From the NCBI GenBank assembly GCA_035714785.1, contig DASTLQ010000008.1, positions 1,713 through 65,712 of the forward strand: a stretch of 64,000 bases of DNA, read 5' to 3'. Below the pieces are notes generated by a model. The model was given only the letters and a program-made list of their open reading frames with translations, did not search any database and had not been told where the DNA came from. Below, piece by piece: positions 28,698 to 38,166 of the stretch (its first letter is position 1; every line of letters starts with the position of its first letter). Source of the DNA: Minisyncoccota bacterium. Its GTDB lineage: Bacteria; Patescibacteriota; Minisyncoccia; Phycocordibacterales; UBA9973. A program made the translations under genes and the position numbers.

Positions 28698-29293
28698 ATC
28701 TTTAGATCACAAAATTCCTTTTGTGTTTGATTAAAGCTGCCAATTTTTTTGTAAAAGTTGTCGTCGGCCTTGATGCGCGCCGGAGTATTAAGCTGTAATT
28801 TTTCTACAAATTGAGCAAGCTCGTCGCTAATCTCCAAAATATTTTCTGTATCTTTCGGTAGATGACTGGCCAAACATTCATATGCTCGACTTTTTTCTTG
28901 AATGACTGCTGTGGCAATATCTTCATTTACATATTTTGTATTTGCCATAGTCTGTAGGGCAAAAGCGTACTGCATTAATTGGGCCCGTGTCACTAGATCA
29001 GGATAGGCATTTAATATTGAAAGCTCCACATCGTCCCTGATGCCGTTATTGTTTTCATCTATACCTTCCACGGTATCCTTTGATTTAGAACCCGTAAAAG
29101 AAGGCATGTTTTCACCTGTTATATCTGCCAAGGAAATCTTCGCCTCATGTATTTCCTTTAATTTTGCTTCTACGTCCTCTTGATGAAACAAAAATGCTAT
29201 ACGAGAAACCAGTCCCGAACCAAAAAGAATCACCGTCAGCCCAAGAACCCAGAGCATCACTTTGAGTGATTTATGATTGAATAGATTTTTCAT
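28694..29293 (-). CDS. Hypothetical membrane-anchored protein (overlaps the start of the downstream large hydrolase by 4 nt)
   Basis: The 199-aa ORF has an N-terminal TM helix and an ATGA overlap with the 25827-28697 gene. Confidence 0.45.
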   Translation of the reverse strand: MKNLFNHKSLKVMLWVLGLTVILFGSGLVSRIAFLFHQEDVEAKLKEIHEAKISLADITGENMPSFTGSKSKDTVEGIDENNNGIRDDVELSILNAYPDLVTRAQLMQYAFALQTMANTKYVNEDIATAVIQEKSRAYECLASHLPKDTENILEISDELAQFVEKLQLNTPARIKADDNFYKKIGSFNQTQKEFCDLKI

Positions 29294-29393
29294 TATTAGA
29301 GAAAATTACTTATAAAATAGAAAAAGACCAGACCTCGGCGGATCTAGTCACTCATCTTTCGATTATATTCTTTGTGTCCCCAACCTGTCAAAA

Positions 29394-29480
29394 CTGTGGA
29401 TAACATGTAAGGGGTCCCCTTACACGCAACATGCAAGGGGACCCCTTACCCCTTGCCGACCCTTACCCTTACCCTTGGCC
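29394..29480. repeat. REP-like repeat cluster R8 (2 core units, DnaA-box 9-mer, CCCTTACC tail) at the 3' flank of the RAYT gene
   Basis: CTGTGGATAACATGTAAGGGGTCCCCTTACACGCAACATGCAAGGGGACCCCTTACCCCTTGCC. Confidence 0.85.
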
Positions 29481-30161
29481 CTCGCCCAAACCCTCATGTG
29501 TATTAAACAAAAGCCATTCTTTTATAAAATCATTAAAGTCATCGACTTTTTCAAAATATTCCGGAAAAGCTCCTTTGTTAATAATTTCTTCTTCTTGATA
29601 ATTTTTCTGCTGGTAAATTAAATAGCTAGAATTTTGATAACTATTTAAATATCTCTCTGTCCTACGAATATCACTAATTCCGCTCTCTTTCCACTCTGGG
29701 TCAATTATTTTTACCGGATTTAAATGAATATAAGCAAATAAATATTTTAAGTATGTATCCGTGTTAACATGCTTCGCTTTAAATGCCCTCTCAAATACTG
29801 GCCCAGTCCTTTTGTGTTTTTTATTAAAATACATCGAATAGCCAGTAAGGAGCTTTAGCATAAATTGAGTTACTCCTCCTGGAATCTTTTCTTTTACTAA
29901 AATATGAAAGTGATTAGGCATGAGACAATATGCCCCTATGTCGACAAGTGTTCTTTTTCTGCGCACGAAAAATAGGTCAGAGAAAGTACGGCCGTTTTTG
30001 AAATGCCGAGCTATGTCTACAGAGTCTGAACTATTACACACATAGAGCAGAGCCTTAAATCTCAAATAATCCTTGGAATCGAGAAAAATCTCGTGCTTAT
30101 CCGTACCACGGTTGTATAAATGATAATATTCGTTGATAGAAAAATTGATCTTCCGCTCCAT
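29469..30161 (-). CDS. REP-associated tyrosine transposase (RAYT; IS200/IS605-like Y1 HUH transposase family)
   Basis: An HUH motif (CLMPNHFHILV) and a C-terminal catalytic-Tyr motif (YLFAYIHLNPVK) are present, and the N-terminus (YHLYNRGTDKHEIF) matches the Y1 family pattern. REP clusters lie immediately on both flanks. Confidence 0.7.
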   Translation of the reverse strand: MERKINFSINEYYHLYNRGTDKHEIFLDSKDYLRFKALLYVCNSSDSVDIARHFKNGRTFSDLFFVRRKRTLVDIGAYCLMPNHFHILVKEKIPGGVTQFMLKLLTGYSMYFNKKHKRTGPVFERAFKAKHVNTDTYLKYLFAYIHLNPVKIIDPEWKESGISDIRRTERYLNSYQNSSYLIYQQKNYQEEEIINKGAFPEYFEKVDDFNDFIKEWLLFNTHEGLGEGQG

Positions 30162-30224
30162 ATTATATGGAAGATCGCGTCTCTCGTATCAAAAATTATA
30201 GCAAAACTAGTAACCAAAAAGAAA

Positions 30225-30313
30225 GGTCCCCTCCACCTGTGGATAACATGCAAGGGGTCCCCTTACACTTTATCCACACCCTGTGGATAACATGCAAGGG
30301 GTCCCCTTACACC
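30225..30313. repeat. REP-like repeat cluster R9 (2 core units, 3 DnaA-box 9-mers) at the 5' flank of the RAYT gene
   Basis: GGTCCCCTCCACCTGTGGATAACATGCAAGGGGTCCCCTTACACTTTATCCACACCCTGTGGATAACATGCAAGGGGTCCCCTTACACC. Confidence 0.85.
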
Positions 30314-30317
30314 TTGA

Positions 30318-31085
30318 TCAAACCTTCGTCAAAATCTCAGGCTCATGGTCGGTGATTAGGACGGTGAGCTCAAAGTGAGCACTAGGCTTTCCGTCCGATG
30401 TACGAAATGTATACCCGTCGTGCTCTAGCACTACGTTTTTCTTGCCCATGTTTAACATCGGCTCAATTGCTATCACCATTCCAGGCACTAGCTTTTCACC
30501 TGTTCCTTTTTTCCCAAAGTTTGGCACAAATGGATCTTCGTGAATATATTTTCCTACTCCATGGCCTGCCAAGACATCTACTATTCCATATTTATGGGGC
30601 TTCACATATTTTTCAATTGCGTGTCCGATATCCCCCACCCTACCTCCGCCCACTGCTGCGTCTATCCCTACATGCATGGCCTCCTCTGTCACCTCCAAAA
30701 GTTTTTTCATAGCAGGACTAATCTTTCCTACTGGTACGGTGATAGCCATATCGGTAAACATCCCTTTGTGTTTTAGTCCGAGATCTATGGTGATATTCTC
30801 TCCCTCTTTCAGTATCCTGTTTTTACTAGGAATCCCATGCACTACTTCTTCTCCCACTGACACACAGAGACTAGCTGGAAAAGCGCTCCTGGCTCCCTCA
30901 GGCTTGTAGTTTAAAAAAGCTGGCTCATCCCCTCCTTTCTTTATTAGCGAGTAGGCATAGTCATCTAGCTCTTTAGTAGAAACTCCAGGCACTACCTTTT
31001 CTTTTACTTTGTGCAAGATGGTCGCCAGTCTCCTGCCTCCCTCGCGAAGTATTTCAATTTCTTCTTTTGTTTTTATATAAATCAT
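30318..31085 (-). CDS. map: Methionine aminopeptidase type I
   Basis: The 255-aa ORF carries the conserved metal ligands (..DLGLKHKGMFTDMAITVPVG.., HGVGKYIHEDP, IAIEPM). Confidence 0.9.
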   Translation of the reverse strand: MIYIKTKEEIEILREGGRRLATILHKVKEKVVPGVSTKELDDYAYSLIKKGGDEPAFLNYKPEGARSAFPASLCVSVGEEVVHGIPSKNRILKEGENITIDLGLKHKGMFTDMAITVPVGKISPAMKKLLEVTEEAMHVGIDAAVGGGRVGDIGHAIEKYVKPHKYGIVDVLAGHGVGKYIHEDPFVPNFGKKGTGEKLVPGMVIAIEPMLNMGKKNVVLEHDGYTFRTSDGKPSAHFELTVLITDHEPEILTKV

Positions 31086-31759
31086 CGTATTACTGTTCCC
31101 GGGAACTCTTTTCCTTCTAGGTAATTTGCAAAATTTTGAATTGGATTGCCGTTCATTATAGCCACTTCTATGCCTTCATTTTCTGCTAGCTCTGATGCTA
31201 TTGGATCAAAGGGGGTAGAAAGTCCAGGATTCCATTCTTTTGGAATGAATGCTCGGTATTCTTGCCAAGAAACTTTCTCAAGCTTTTTCGCATCAGGAAA
31301 CTTTCGTGGATCTTTGTCGTAAGCATAATCAATGTTTGAAAGATTTACTACCTTTTTTGCTCCGAGCTGTTTTGCCAACATCACTGCATCATAATCCGTA
31401 CTCCATCCAGGCTTCCATCCTCCCCCGAGCACTATTGGCCTGTCCATTTTCACAGGCAAAGTTGGATCAAGAATAATATTTTCTTCTACTAAATCTTTGA
31501 AAAGGATTTTGATAAACTCGGCATTAAATCGAGTAGAGTGAATTCCGAGCCAGTCCAATTCTTTTGCGCTCATTTCTTTTACTTCTTTTGCGGCGTCCTG
31601 ATATTTTCTGCAAACTTTTCCTCCGCCGGCAATAATCACAAATCTCTTTCCTTTTTCTACTTCGGAAAGAATGAGCTCTCTAAAGCTTCTAAGGAAAACT
31701 ACATCTACATCATCTGGAACAATGAGCGAACCTCCCAATGAAATGATGATAGTTTCCAT
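31082..31759 (-). CDS. pyrH: Amino-acid-kinase family protein, likely archaeal-type UMP kinase
   Basis: ISLGGSLI, IIAGGGKVCRKY and DWLGIHSTRFNA are present. The gene sits in a cluster with adk and cmk. Confidence 0.6.
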   Translation of the reverse strand: METIIISLGGSLIVPDDVDVVFLRSFRELILSEVEKGKRFVIIAGGGKVCRKYQDAAKEVKEMSAKELDWLGIHSTRFNAEFIKILFKDLVEENIILDPTLPVKMDRPIVLGGGWKPGWSTDYDAVMLAKQLGAKKVVNLSNIDYAYDKDPRKFPDAKKLEKVSWQEYRAFIPKEWNPGLSTPFDPIASELAENEGIEVAIMNGNPIQNFANYLEGKEFPGTVIR

Positions 31760-31764
31760 AATGA

Positions 31765-32352
31765 TTAGAGTCCTAGAGCTTTAATAATATCCTGGTGAAC
31801 ACTTTCGATGCTCTGCTCTCCATTAATGGCAAATATCTCGTACCCTGCTTTTCCTTTAAAATGATCCATTGCAGGAACGACATTGTTTACATACTCTTGG
31901 AACCGTCTTTTTATTCCCTCTTCTGTGTCATCAATTCTTCCGCGCAATAGATTTCTCTTCATCGCTTCTTGCTCAGAAAGTTCGATGTAGATAATCTTTA
32001 TATTGTTACGCTTATAGAATTTCATCATCGACTCAAAACTTTCTGCCTGTCTGATGGTACGAGGATACCCGTCCGCGATAAAATGCTTTTCGTCTGTCAG
32101 TGACTCCATCAATATTCCAGTAAAAATAGAGGTGGTCAAAAAATCTGGTTGTAGCTCACCTCTGCCCACAGAATCCTTTATTAGATTGCCAGTATAGCTT
32201 CCGCTTTCTATGTGTTTGCGATATTCAGCTCCAGGATAGGCGTATGTTATTTCTTTATCGGATTTTCCTTTCAAAAAATCCATTAATAGTTTTACTTGAG
32301 TCCCTTTGCCGGAACCCACTATTCCAAAAAACACGAATGTTTGTGGTTGCAT
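31765..32352 (-). CDS. adk: Adenylate kinase
   Basis: A P-loop (FGIVGSGKGTQ) and the motifs GYPRT and RIDD are present. Confidence 0.85.
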   Translation of the reverse strand: MQPQTFVFFGIVGSGKGTQVKLLMDFLKGKSDKEITYAYPGAEYRKHIESGSYTGNLIKDSVGRGELQPDFLTTSIFTGILMESLTDEKHFIADGYPRTIRQAESFESMMKFYKRNNIKIIYIELSEQEAMKRNLLRGRIDDTEEGIKRRFQEYVNNVVPAMDHFKGKAGYEIFAINGEQSIESVHQDIIKALGL

Positions 32353-32415
32353 ATTGTGTACAGGATACTAGATTTAGCTTGAATAATCAAGGTTTTTGTA
32401 ATATGATGGCTGTAC

Positions 32416-32985
32416 ATGAAAAAAGAAATCATCTCTATCACCGGTACTTTAGGAAGCGGGAAATCTAGCACCGCCGACCGCGTGGCCCAAAATTTAGGAT
32501 ATCAAAGATTTTCTTCTGGGGATTTTATGAGAAAAATCGCTCTCGAAAGGAGGCTTTCCATAAACGAACTATCTGCCCAAGCTGAAAATGACCCGACTAT
32601 AGATGTGAGTATTGACGACGAGGTACGAAAGGTTGGCGAGATGGATAAAATCGTGATTGATTCCCGCCTAGCGTTTCATTTTATTCCCAACTCTTTCAAA
32701 GTATATTTGGACCTCCCCCCTGAAATCGCCAAGGAAAGAATTTTGAACAACATCAAAGAAAATGCTCTCCGCCGACAAAGCGAAAGCTCCGAAAATCCCG
32801 ACGAGATTTTTCATAAAATAAATGAACGTCTTGAGAGTGAAAAGAAAAGGTACAAAGATATATATGGCATCACAAATCACACAGACAAGAGCAATTTTGA
32901 TATAGTAATAGACACAAACAAAAACAACCTCGATGAGGTTGTTAAAATCGTGCTTTCTGAATACCAAAAGTGGCTCAACTCCTAG
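32416..32985 (+). CDS. cmk: Cytidylate kinase (archaeal/short type)
   Basis: A P-loop (ISITGTLGSGKSS) is present, and the size and LID region match short-type CMP kinases. Confidence 0.65.
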   Translation: MKKEIISITGTLGSGKSSTADRVAQNLGYQRFSSGDFMRKIALERRLSINELSAQAENDPTIDVSIDDEVRKVGEMDKIVIDSRLAFHFIPNSFKVYLDLPPEIAKERILNNIKENALRRQSESSENPDEIFHKINERLESEKKRYKDIYGITNHTDKSNFDIVIDTNKNNLDEVVKIVLSEYQKWLNS

Positions 32986-33053
32986 GGTAAGGGGACCCCT
33001 TGCATGTTATCCACAGGTAAGGGTGGTGGGTGTGGAAAGGGTCCCCTTGCATG
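32986..33053. repeat. REP-like repeat cluster R10 (2 core units plus DnaA-box 9-mer) between convergent cmk and secY
   Basis: GGGTAAGGGGACCCCTTGCATGTTATCCACAGGTAAGGGTGGTGGGTGTGGAAAGGGTCCCCTTGCATG. Confidence 0.85.
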
Positions 33054-33058
33054 TGCAC

Positions 33059-34327
33059 CTAGTACTCGCGCATGGAGACTTGCGCGTCCACTTTTTTGAT
33101 GAGGTCTAGGACCACAGAAACTACGATGAGGAGGGCTGTACCGCCGAGGGCAATAGCTGTAATACCAGTCACAGCCTGAGTGACTAAAGGAAGGACTGCG
33201 ATCAATCCCAAGAATACTGCACCGAGCAAGGTGATTCTACCCAACACTTTGGAAATATATTCAGCAGTAGAAGCACCTGGACGAATACCTGGAATGAATG
33301 CACCATTTTTCTGTAGATTTGTAGAAAGGGATTCTGGATCAAAAGTAACAGCGGTATAGAAGTAGGTAAACATAAATACAAGAATGAAGTACAACACTCC
33401 GTACAATAGCGAAGTCTGAGAAAAGGAAGCGAGTGATGTAGCCACTTTTTGCAAAGTAGGATTTGTTGCCCCAGCCAAAAAGTTTCCGATCATTTGAGGG
33501 AACAGAAGAATAGAAAGGGCAAAGATGATTGGGATCACTCCAGCCTGGTTTACGCGAAGAGGAATGTAGGTAGAGCCTCCGCCGTACATTTTCATTCCAC
33601 GCACTCGTTTTGCGTAAGTGACCGGAATCGGTCGCTCAGCTTCCGTCACCACTACCACACCGGCGATTACCAGAATTCCCACCACCACAAAGGCTACCAA
33701 GAGTGGGATCTGCGAAGGTTCAAATGTAAATGCTAGCTGGCTGACTTCAGATGGAAGCACAGATACGATACCAGCAAAGATGAGCAAGGATACTCCGTTT
33801 CCGATTCCGAATTCTGAAATGAGCTCTCCGAGCCACATGGTCAAAAGTGCTCCAGCTACCACGATGATCACATTCATCACGCGATCAAAAGGAGTGAGGC
33901 CAGTCAAAATATTTTGCTGTTCCAAAATAGCGAGCAAGCTGTACCCCTGAATAGCAGCCAATGGCACAGTGAGATATCGAGAGTACTGAGTAAATCGCTT
34001 TCGTCCTGCCTCCCCTTCTTCATGATAAAGCTTCTTCAAAGAAGGCACCATGATAGTGAGGAGTTGCATGATGATGGAGCTCGTAATATATGGTCCTACT
34101 CCAAGCATGATTATAGAAAGGTTTGAAAGTCCACCTCCGGAAAAGATATTCAAAATCCCAAAGAATTGATTGTTGGACAAAAACTGATTTAGCGCCAGAG
34201 TATCGATGCTCGGAATTGGAATAGTAGAAAGCAATCGGAAGACAATCAAGGCGAAAAGCACAAACAGCACCTTCTTTCGGAGAGATGCATCTGTAAAGAT
34301 CAGTTTAATTTTGTGCCAGAAATTCAT
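33059..34327 (-). CDS. secY: Protein translocase subunit SecY
   Basis: The 422-aa ORF has ten TM helices and is the last gene of the spc cluster. Confidence 0.9.
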   Translation of the reverse strand: MNFWHKIKLIFTDASLRKKVLFVLFALIVFRLLSTIPIPSIDTLALNQFLSNNQFFGILNIFSGGGLSNLSIIMLGVGPYITSSIIMQLLTIMVPSLKKLYHEEGEAGRKRFTQYSRYLTVPLAAIQGYSLLAILEQQNILTGLTPFDRVMNVIIVVAGALLTMWLGELISEFGIGNGVSLLIFAGIVSVLPSEVSQLAFTFEPSQIPLLVAFVVVGILVIAGVVVVTEAERPIPVTYAKRVRGMKMYGGGSTYIPLRVNQAGVIPIIFALSILLFPQMIGNFLAGATNPTLQKVATSLASFSQTSLLYGVLYFILVFMFTYFYTAVTFDPESLSTNLQKNGAFIPGIRPGASTAEYISKVLGRITLLGAVFLGLIAVLPLVTQAVTGITAIALGGTALLIVVSVVLDLIKKVDAQVSMREY

Positions 34328-34330
34328 AGC

Positions 34331-34639
34331 TTACTTTATTATTATCTTTCTTCCTTTTATACCAAGCTCTTTTCGGATCTCGGAAAAGGATTTCACTTTG
34401 CCTGCGGTAGATACTTTTTCCTTTACTACTACCTTGTCCTTTCGAGTAGAATTAAACTTGTATCCTCGCTTCTTTGGCAATCTCTTTATGATATCACGAA
34501 GCTCTGGTCGGCGCTTGTTTCCAGCGCGGGCAGTCTGCCCTTTACCTCCACGCCCAGAAGTCTTGGCGTGCTTTCCACCACGACCGACGATTCGGTCCTT
34601 TTTGTTTTTATTTTTTCTTTTTAATTCGTGTATCAACAT
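34331..34639 (-). CDS. rplO: 50S ribosomal protein L15 (short form)
   Basis: GRGGKHAKTSGRGGKGQTARAG is present, and the gene sits between rpsE and secY. There is no L30 gene. Confidence 0.75.
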   Translation of the reverse strand: MLIHELKRKNKNKKDRIVGRGGKHAKTSGRGGKGQTARAGNKRRPELRDIIKRLPKKRGYKFNSTRKDKVVVKEKVSTAGKVKSFSEIRKELGIKGRKIIIK

Positions 34640-34644
34640 AAAAT

Positions 34645-35289
34645 TTATTCTTTAGCCACCTTACTTGCGGGCACTCTATCTTCTCTTGCGGGCGCTGCTT
34701 CCCGATTTCCGGGCCCTCCCTCTTTGGGTTCTGCTTTATCTATAACCTTTGTGTATTTTGAAGAAAGTGGTTCGAGTGCTTTCATCACTGCCTTTGTATT
34801 GTTCAACTTGTTTTTTGTTCCAGAAAATACCTTGCTAGTGATATCTTTTATTCCTGCTAGCTTGGCGATATCACGAATCACTGTTCCGGCTACTAGACCT
34901 CGTCCTTTGTTTGGCATCATCATCACGCTAGCGCTACCAAACTTTGCGGAAAGTTCAAAAGGAATTGAGGAAGATTCGGTAAGTTTCAAGGTCACCATGT
35001 TTTTCTTTGCATTTCGGAGAGCTTTGTTTATGGCAAGCGCAGTATCTCCTGCCTTTCCAAGACCAAGACCTACTGAACCCTTTCGGTCTCCAGCTACCAA
35101 GGATACGCTGAAAGAAAATCGGCGTCCTCCTGCAACCACACGAGTCACTCGGCGAATATCAAGAATCTTCTGATCGAATTCAGGCTTTGGACGTGCCCCA
35201 CCATCTCGGCGTCGGGGTCCCCCTCTACCTCGCGGTGCGCGATTTTCATCTTGTCCCTGTATTCCTTTTTTTTCTTCTTTGTTTTCCAT
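34645..35289 (-). CDS. rpsE: 30S ribosomal protein S5 (with basic N-terminal extension)
   Basis: The sequence ..GGRRFSFSVSLVAGDRKGSVGLGLGKA.. matches S5. Confidence 0.9.
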   Translation of the reverse strand: MENKEEKKGIQGQDENRAPRGRGGPRRRDGGARPKPEFDQKILDIRRVTRVVAGGRRFSFSVSLVAGDRKGSVGLGLGKAGDTALAINKALRNAKKNMVTLKLTESSSIPFELSAKFGSASVMMMPNKGRGLVAGTVIRDIAKLAGIKDITSKVFSGTKNKLNNTKAVMKALEPLSSKYTKVIDKAEPKEGGPGNREAAPAREDRVPASKVAKE

Positions 35290-35297
35290 TTTTTTTA

Positions 35298-35642
35298 TTA
35301 AAATTTAAGTCCACCACTTCTAGCTGCATCTGCTACTAGCTTTACTCGGCCAGTATATTTAAAACCATTACGATCAAATACTACCTTTTCGACTCCTATC
35401 TTTTTACATGCTTCAGCAACCATCTTTCCTACTTCTTGCGCTCTCTCTACCTTGGTTCCCTTTTCTACCTTTGCGTCGTTCGCTTCTGCCAAGGTATTTC
35501 CTAGGTCGTCATTAATGATCTGAGCATAAATAAATTTGTTTGAACGAAAGACCGAAAGACGTGGGCACTCAGAAGTACCATGCATCTTTGATTTGATCTT
35601 TGCCTTCAATCGTATTCTTTTTTCTTCTTTTGTCCTTTTCAT
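35298..35642 (-). CDS. rplR: 50S ribosomal protein L18
   Basis: Full-length match to L18 and the expected position in the spc order. Confidence 0.85.
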   Translation of the reverse strand: MKRTKEEKRIRLKAKIKSKMHGTSECPRLSVFRSNKFIYAQIINDDLGNTLAEANDAKVEKGTKVERAQEVGKMVAEACKKIGVEKVVFDRNGFKYTGRVKLVADAARSGGLKF

Positions 35643-35675
35643 GATTTTTTGAAATTTTCGATCGATCTTTAAAAA

Positions 35676-36209
35676 CTATGTAGTCTTCTTACCTTGTTTT
35701 CGGCGAACTACTTCTCCCTCGTATCTCATTCCCTTTCCTTTATATGGCTCAGCCTTCTTTAGAGCTCGGATAGAAGCTGCGAAGCCTCCTACTAGCTCTT
35801 TGTCTACTCCACTGATAGTGATGTTGTTCTTTTCAGCAGTAGCGGTGATGCCTTCGGGGATTGGTACGATGACTGGGTGAGAAAATCCAAGCGCAAAATG
35901 AAATTCTTTTCCTTTCACTTCTGACTTAAATCCAACTCCTTCAAGAATAATCTTTTTCTGATATGGAGTCTCTACCCCTTCAACCATATTTTTGATAAGG
36001 GATGCGTATGTACCCCAAAGTGCTTTAGAAAACTTGTCGTTTCTCTTTATTTCCAAAGTTACTTTGTCTTCTGCAATATTGATCTTGATATCGTCTCGGA
36101 AAATTTTTGTGATAGACCCTTTGGATCCAGTCACAGTCAAATTGCTGCCGTCGCGTACCAGCTTTACTCCCTTCGGTATTACTAATTCTTGTTTTCCTAT
36201 TCTTGACAT
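35676..36209 (-). CDS. rplF: 50S ribosomal protein L6
   Basis: MSRIGKQELVIPKGVKL plus a duplicated domain. Confidence 0.9.
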   Translation of the reverse strand: MSRIGKQELVIPKGVKLVRDGSNLTVTGSKGSITKIFRDDIKINIAEDKVTLEIKRNDKFSKALWGTYASLIKNMVEGVETPYQKKIILEGVGFKSEVKGKEFHFALGFSHPVIVPIPEGITATAEKNNITISGVDKELVGGFAASIRALKKAEPYKGKGMRYEGEVVRRKQGKKTT

Positions 36210-36219
36210 GACTTTATAT

Positions 36220-36609
36220 TTACCAAACTTTGAAAAGGGCTTCCCCTCCGACTTGTTCTTTCCTAGCTTCTTTTCCTCCTAAAATTCCTTTTGGAGTAGA
36301 AAGGACCAATAGCCCTCTACCTCCACGTACTACATGAATATCCTTTGTTCCAAAATACACTCTCTTTGACTGCTTGGAAATTCTTTCGATATCGCAAACC
36401 TTTGGCTTGTTGTCTTCTCCATAAAGAAGCTCGATTTCCAAAGATGGATGTCCTTTTTTAGCCTTTTTATCAATCGCTCCGATGTATCCTTCTTTGTGAA
36501 GACAATTTGCGATAGCGTGCTTTAATTTTGAATAAGGCATAGAAACACTCTCTTTGCGAGCGAGAGATGCATTCTTTATCATTACGATCATGTTTGAAAT
36601 TGGGTCCAT
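36220..36609 (-). CDS. rpsH: 30S ribosomal protein S8
   Basis: The N-terminus MDPISNMIVMIKNA matches S8. Confidence 0.9.
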   Translation of the reverse strand: MDPISNMIVMIKNASLARKESVSMPYSKLKHAIANCLHKEGYIGAIDKKAKKGHPSLEIELLYGEDNKPKVCDIERISKQSKRVYFGTKDIHVVRGGRGLLVLSTPKGILGGKEARKEQVGGEALFKVW

Positions 36610-36618
36610 ATTATTTTT

Positions 36619-36804
36619 CTACCAAGAAGATTTTCTTACTCCTGGTAATTTTCCTTCATTGGCAAATTCTCGGAAACAGATACGACACATGCCAAAATCT
36701 CGCATAAAACCTTTTCCTCGGCCACAACGAAAACATCGATTCTTTGCTCGAGTGCTAAACTTTGGTTTCTTTTTTGATCTTGCTACTACTGATGTTTTTG
36801 CCAT
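36619..36804 (-). CDS. rpsZ: 30S ribosomal protein S14 type Z (zinc-binding)
   Basis: The 61-aa ORF has CxxC...CxxC. Confidence 0.85.
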   Translation of the reverse strand: MAKTSVVARSKKKPKFSTRAKNRCFRCGRGKGFMRDFGMCRICFREFANEGKLPGVRKSSW

Positions 36805-36989
36805 AACGATATAACGGAACTTGAGCTTCGCAATATCACGTTTTGTTCCTCCAACTCTCTGTAAGTAAATCTACCCAAAGAATTAAAGGAGAAAAACGGA
36901 TTAAACAAAGCATTGCTCCTTGGGGTTCATATTAGCAGAACCCCTAAAAAAGTCAAATTATTAAAAGAAATACGCCTTTCGCCAAAGGA

Positions 36990-37547
36990 TTACTTGCTCT
37001 CCTCTTTCTTGAAAGGAACTCCAAGCAACTCAAAGAAGGCTGTTCCCTCTTTTTTTGTCTTGGCAGTTGAAACTACGGTGATAGCTAGTCCAAAAACGTC
37101 CTTGATATCTTCGTCAGCTGTCTCAGGAAAGATAGTGTGCTCTTTGATACCAATAGTCAGATTTCCAATACTGTCTACTGCCTTTATATTTAGGCCACGG
37201 AAGTCTTTTGTACGAGGAAGTGCCACATTCAAAAGCTTTTCAAGAAATGAGTACATTCTCTTTCCGCGAAGAGTGACCATCACTCCGATTGGATCTCCTT
37301 GTCTTATTTTGAAAGCAGAGACAGATTTTTTAGCTCCGCGCACTGCTCCTTTTTGTCCAGTGATCTTTGAGAATCGATCCAACACATGATTGTTTGCATC
37401 CTTGTTTTTCTTTACTAGGGTTCCGGTGCTTGCGCTTACAATCACTTTCTTTAAGCGAGGAGCCGCCATCATGCCCTTGTATCCGTATTCTCCCTTTAGC
37501 TTCTCATAGCTCTCTGCTTCTTTTTCTTTTACTGTTTGGTGTTTCAT
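36990..37547 (-). CDS. rplE: 50S ribosomal protein L5
   Basis: Full-length match to L5. Confidence 0.9.
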   Translation of the reverse strand: MKHQTVKEKEAESYEKLKGEYGYKGMMAAPRLKKVIVSASTGTLVKKNKDANNHVLDRFSKITGQKGAVRGAKKSVSAFKIRQGDPIGVMVTLRGKRMYSFLEKLLNVALPRTKDFRGLNIKAVDSIGNLTIGIKEHTIFPETADEDIKDVFGLAITVVSTAKTKKEGTAFFELLGVPFKKEESK

Positions 37548-37563
37548 ATATGTATATTAAAAT

Positions 37564-37779
37564 TTACGCCTTCTTCACATTGGAGGCATGTATAGGCATT
37601 GCCATGTCCACAATGGAACCTTTTTCGTTGCTTTTTCGTGGTCGGCGGTGTCTTTTGAGTATATTCATTCCCTCTATCACCACCTTGTTTTTCTTAGGCA
37701 AAGAACGAAGAATTTTTCCCTTCTTTCCTTTATCCTTACCAGCCAAAATTATTACATTGTCTCCTTTTTTTAATTTCAT
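37564..37779 (-). CDS. rplX: 50S ribosomal protein L24
   Basis: A KOW motif is present (KGDNVIILAGKDKGKKG). Confidence 0.85.
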   Translation of the reverse strand: MKLKKGDNVIILAGKDKGKKGKILRSLPKKNKVVIEGMNILKRHRRPRKSNEKGSIVDMAMPIHASNVKKA

Positions 37780-37790
37780 GGTTTTGTTAT

Positions 37791-38162
37791 TTATATTACT
37801 TCCTGTGCTAGAGAGATTATCTTCTGGTAACCCATTTCTGCAAGCTCTCTAGGAATTGGACCGAATACACGTCCTGCCTTTGGATCCATCTTTCCTTTTT
37901 CCAAGATCACTACTGCGTTGTCATCAAATCTGATGTATGAACCATCTTTTCGGCGGTATGCTTCTCGAGTGCGAACTACTACAGCTTCATGGACGTCCTT
38001 TTTCTTTACTGCTTTTCGAGGGCTTGCGATTTTTACGGAAATGATCACTCTCTCCCCTAGGGAAGCGTATCTCTTCTTGGAACTTCCAAGAACCTTGAAG
38101 ACCTTTCCTACGGTACCTCCAGCGTTGTCTGTTATTTTAACTAATGTTTCTGTTTGGATCAT
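37791..38162 (-). CDS. rplN: 50S ribosomal protein L14
   Basis: MIQTETLVKITDNAGG. Confidence 0.9.
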   Translation of the reverse strand: MIQTETLVKITDNAGGTVGKVFKVLGSSKKRYASLGERVIISVKIASPRKAVKKKDVHEAVVVRTREAYRRKDGSYIRFDDNAVVILEKGKMDPKAGRVFGPIPRELAEMGYQKIISLAQEVI

Positions 38163-38166
38163 ATAT

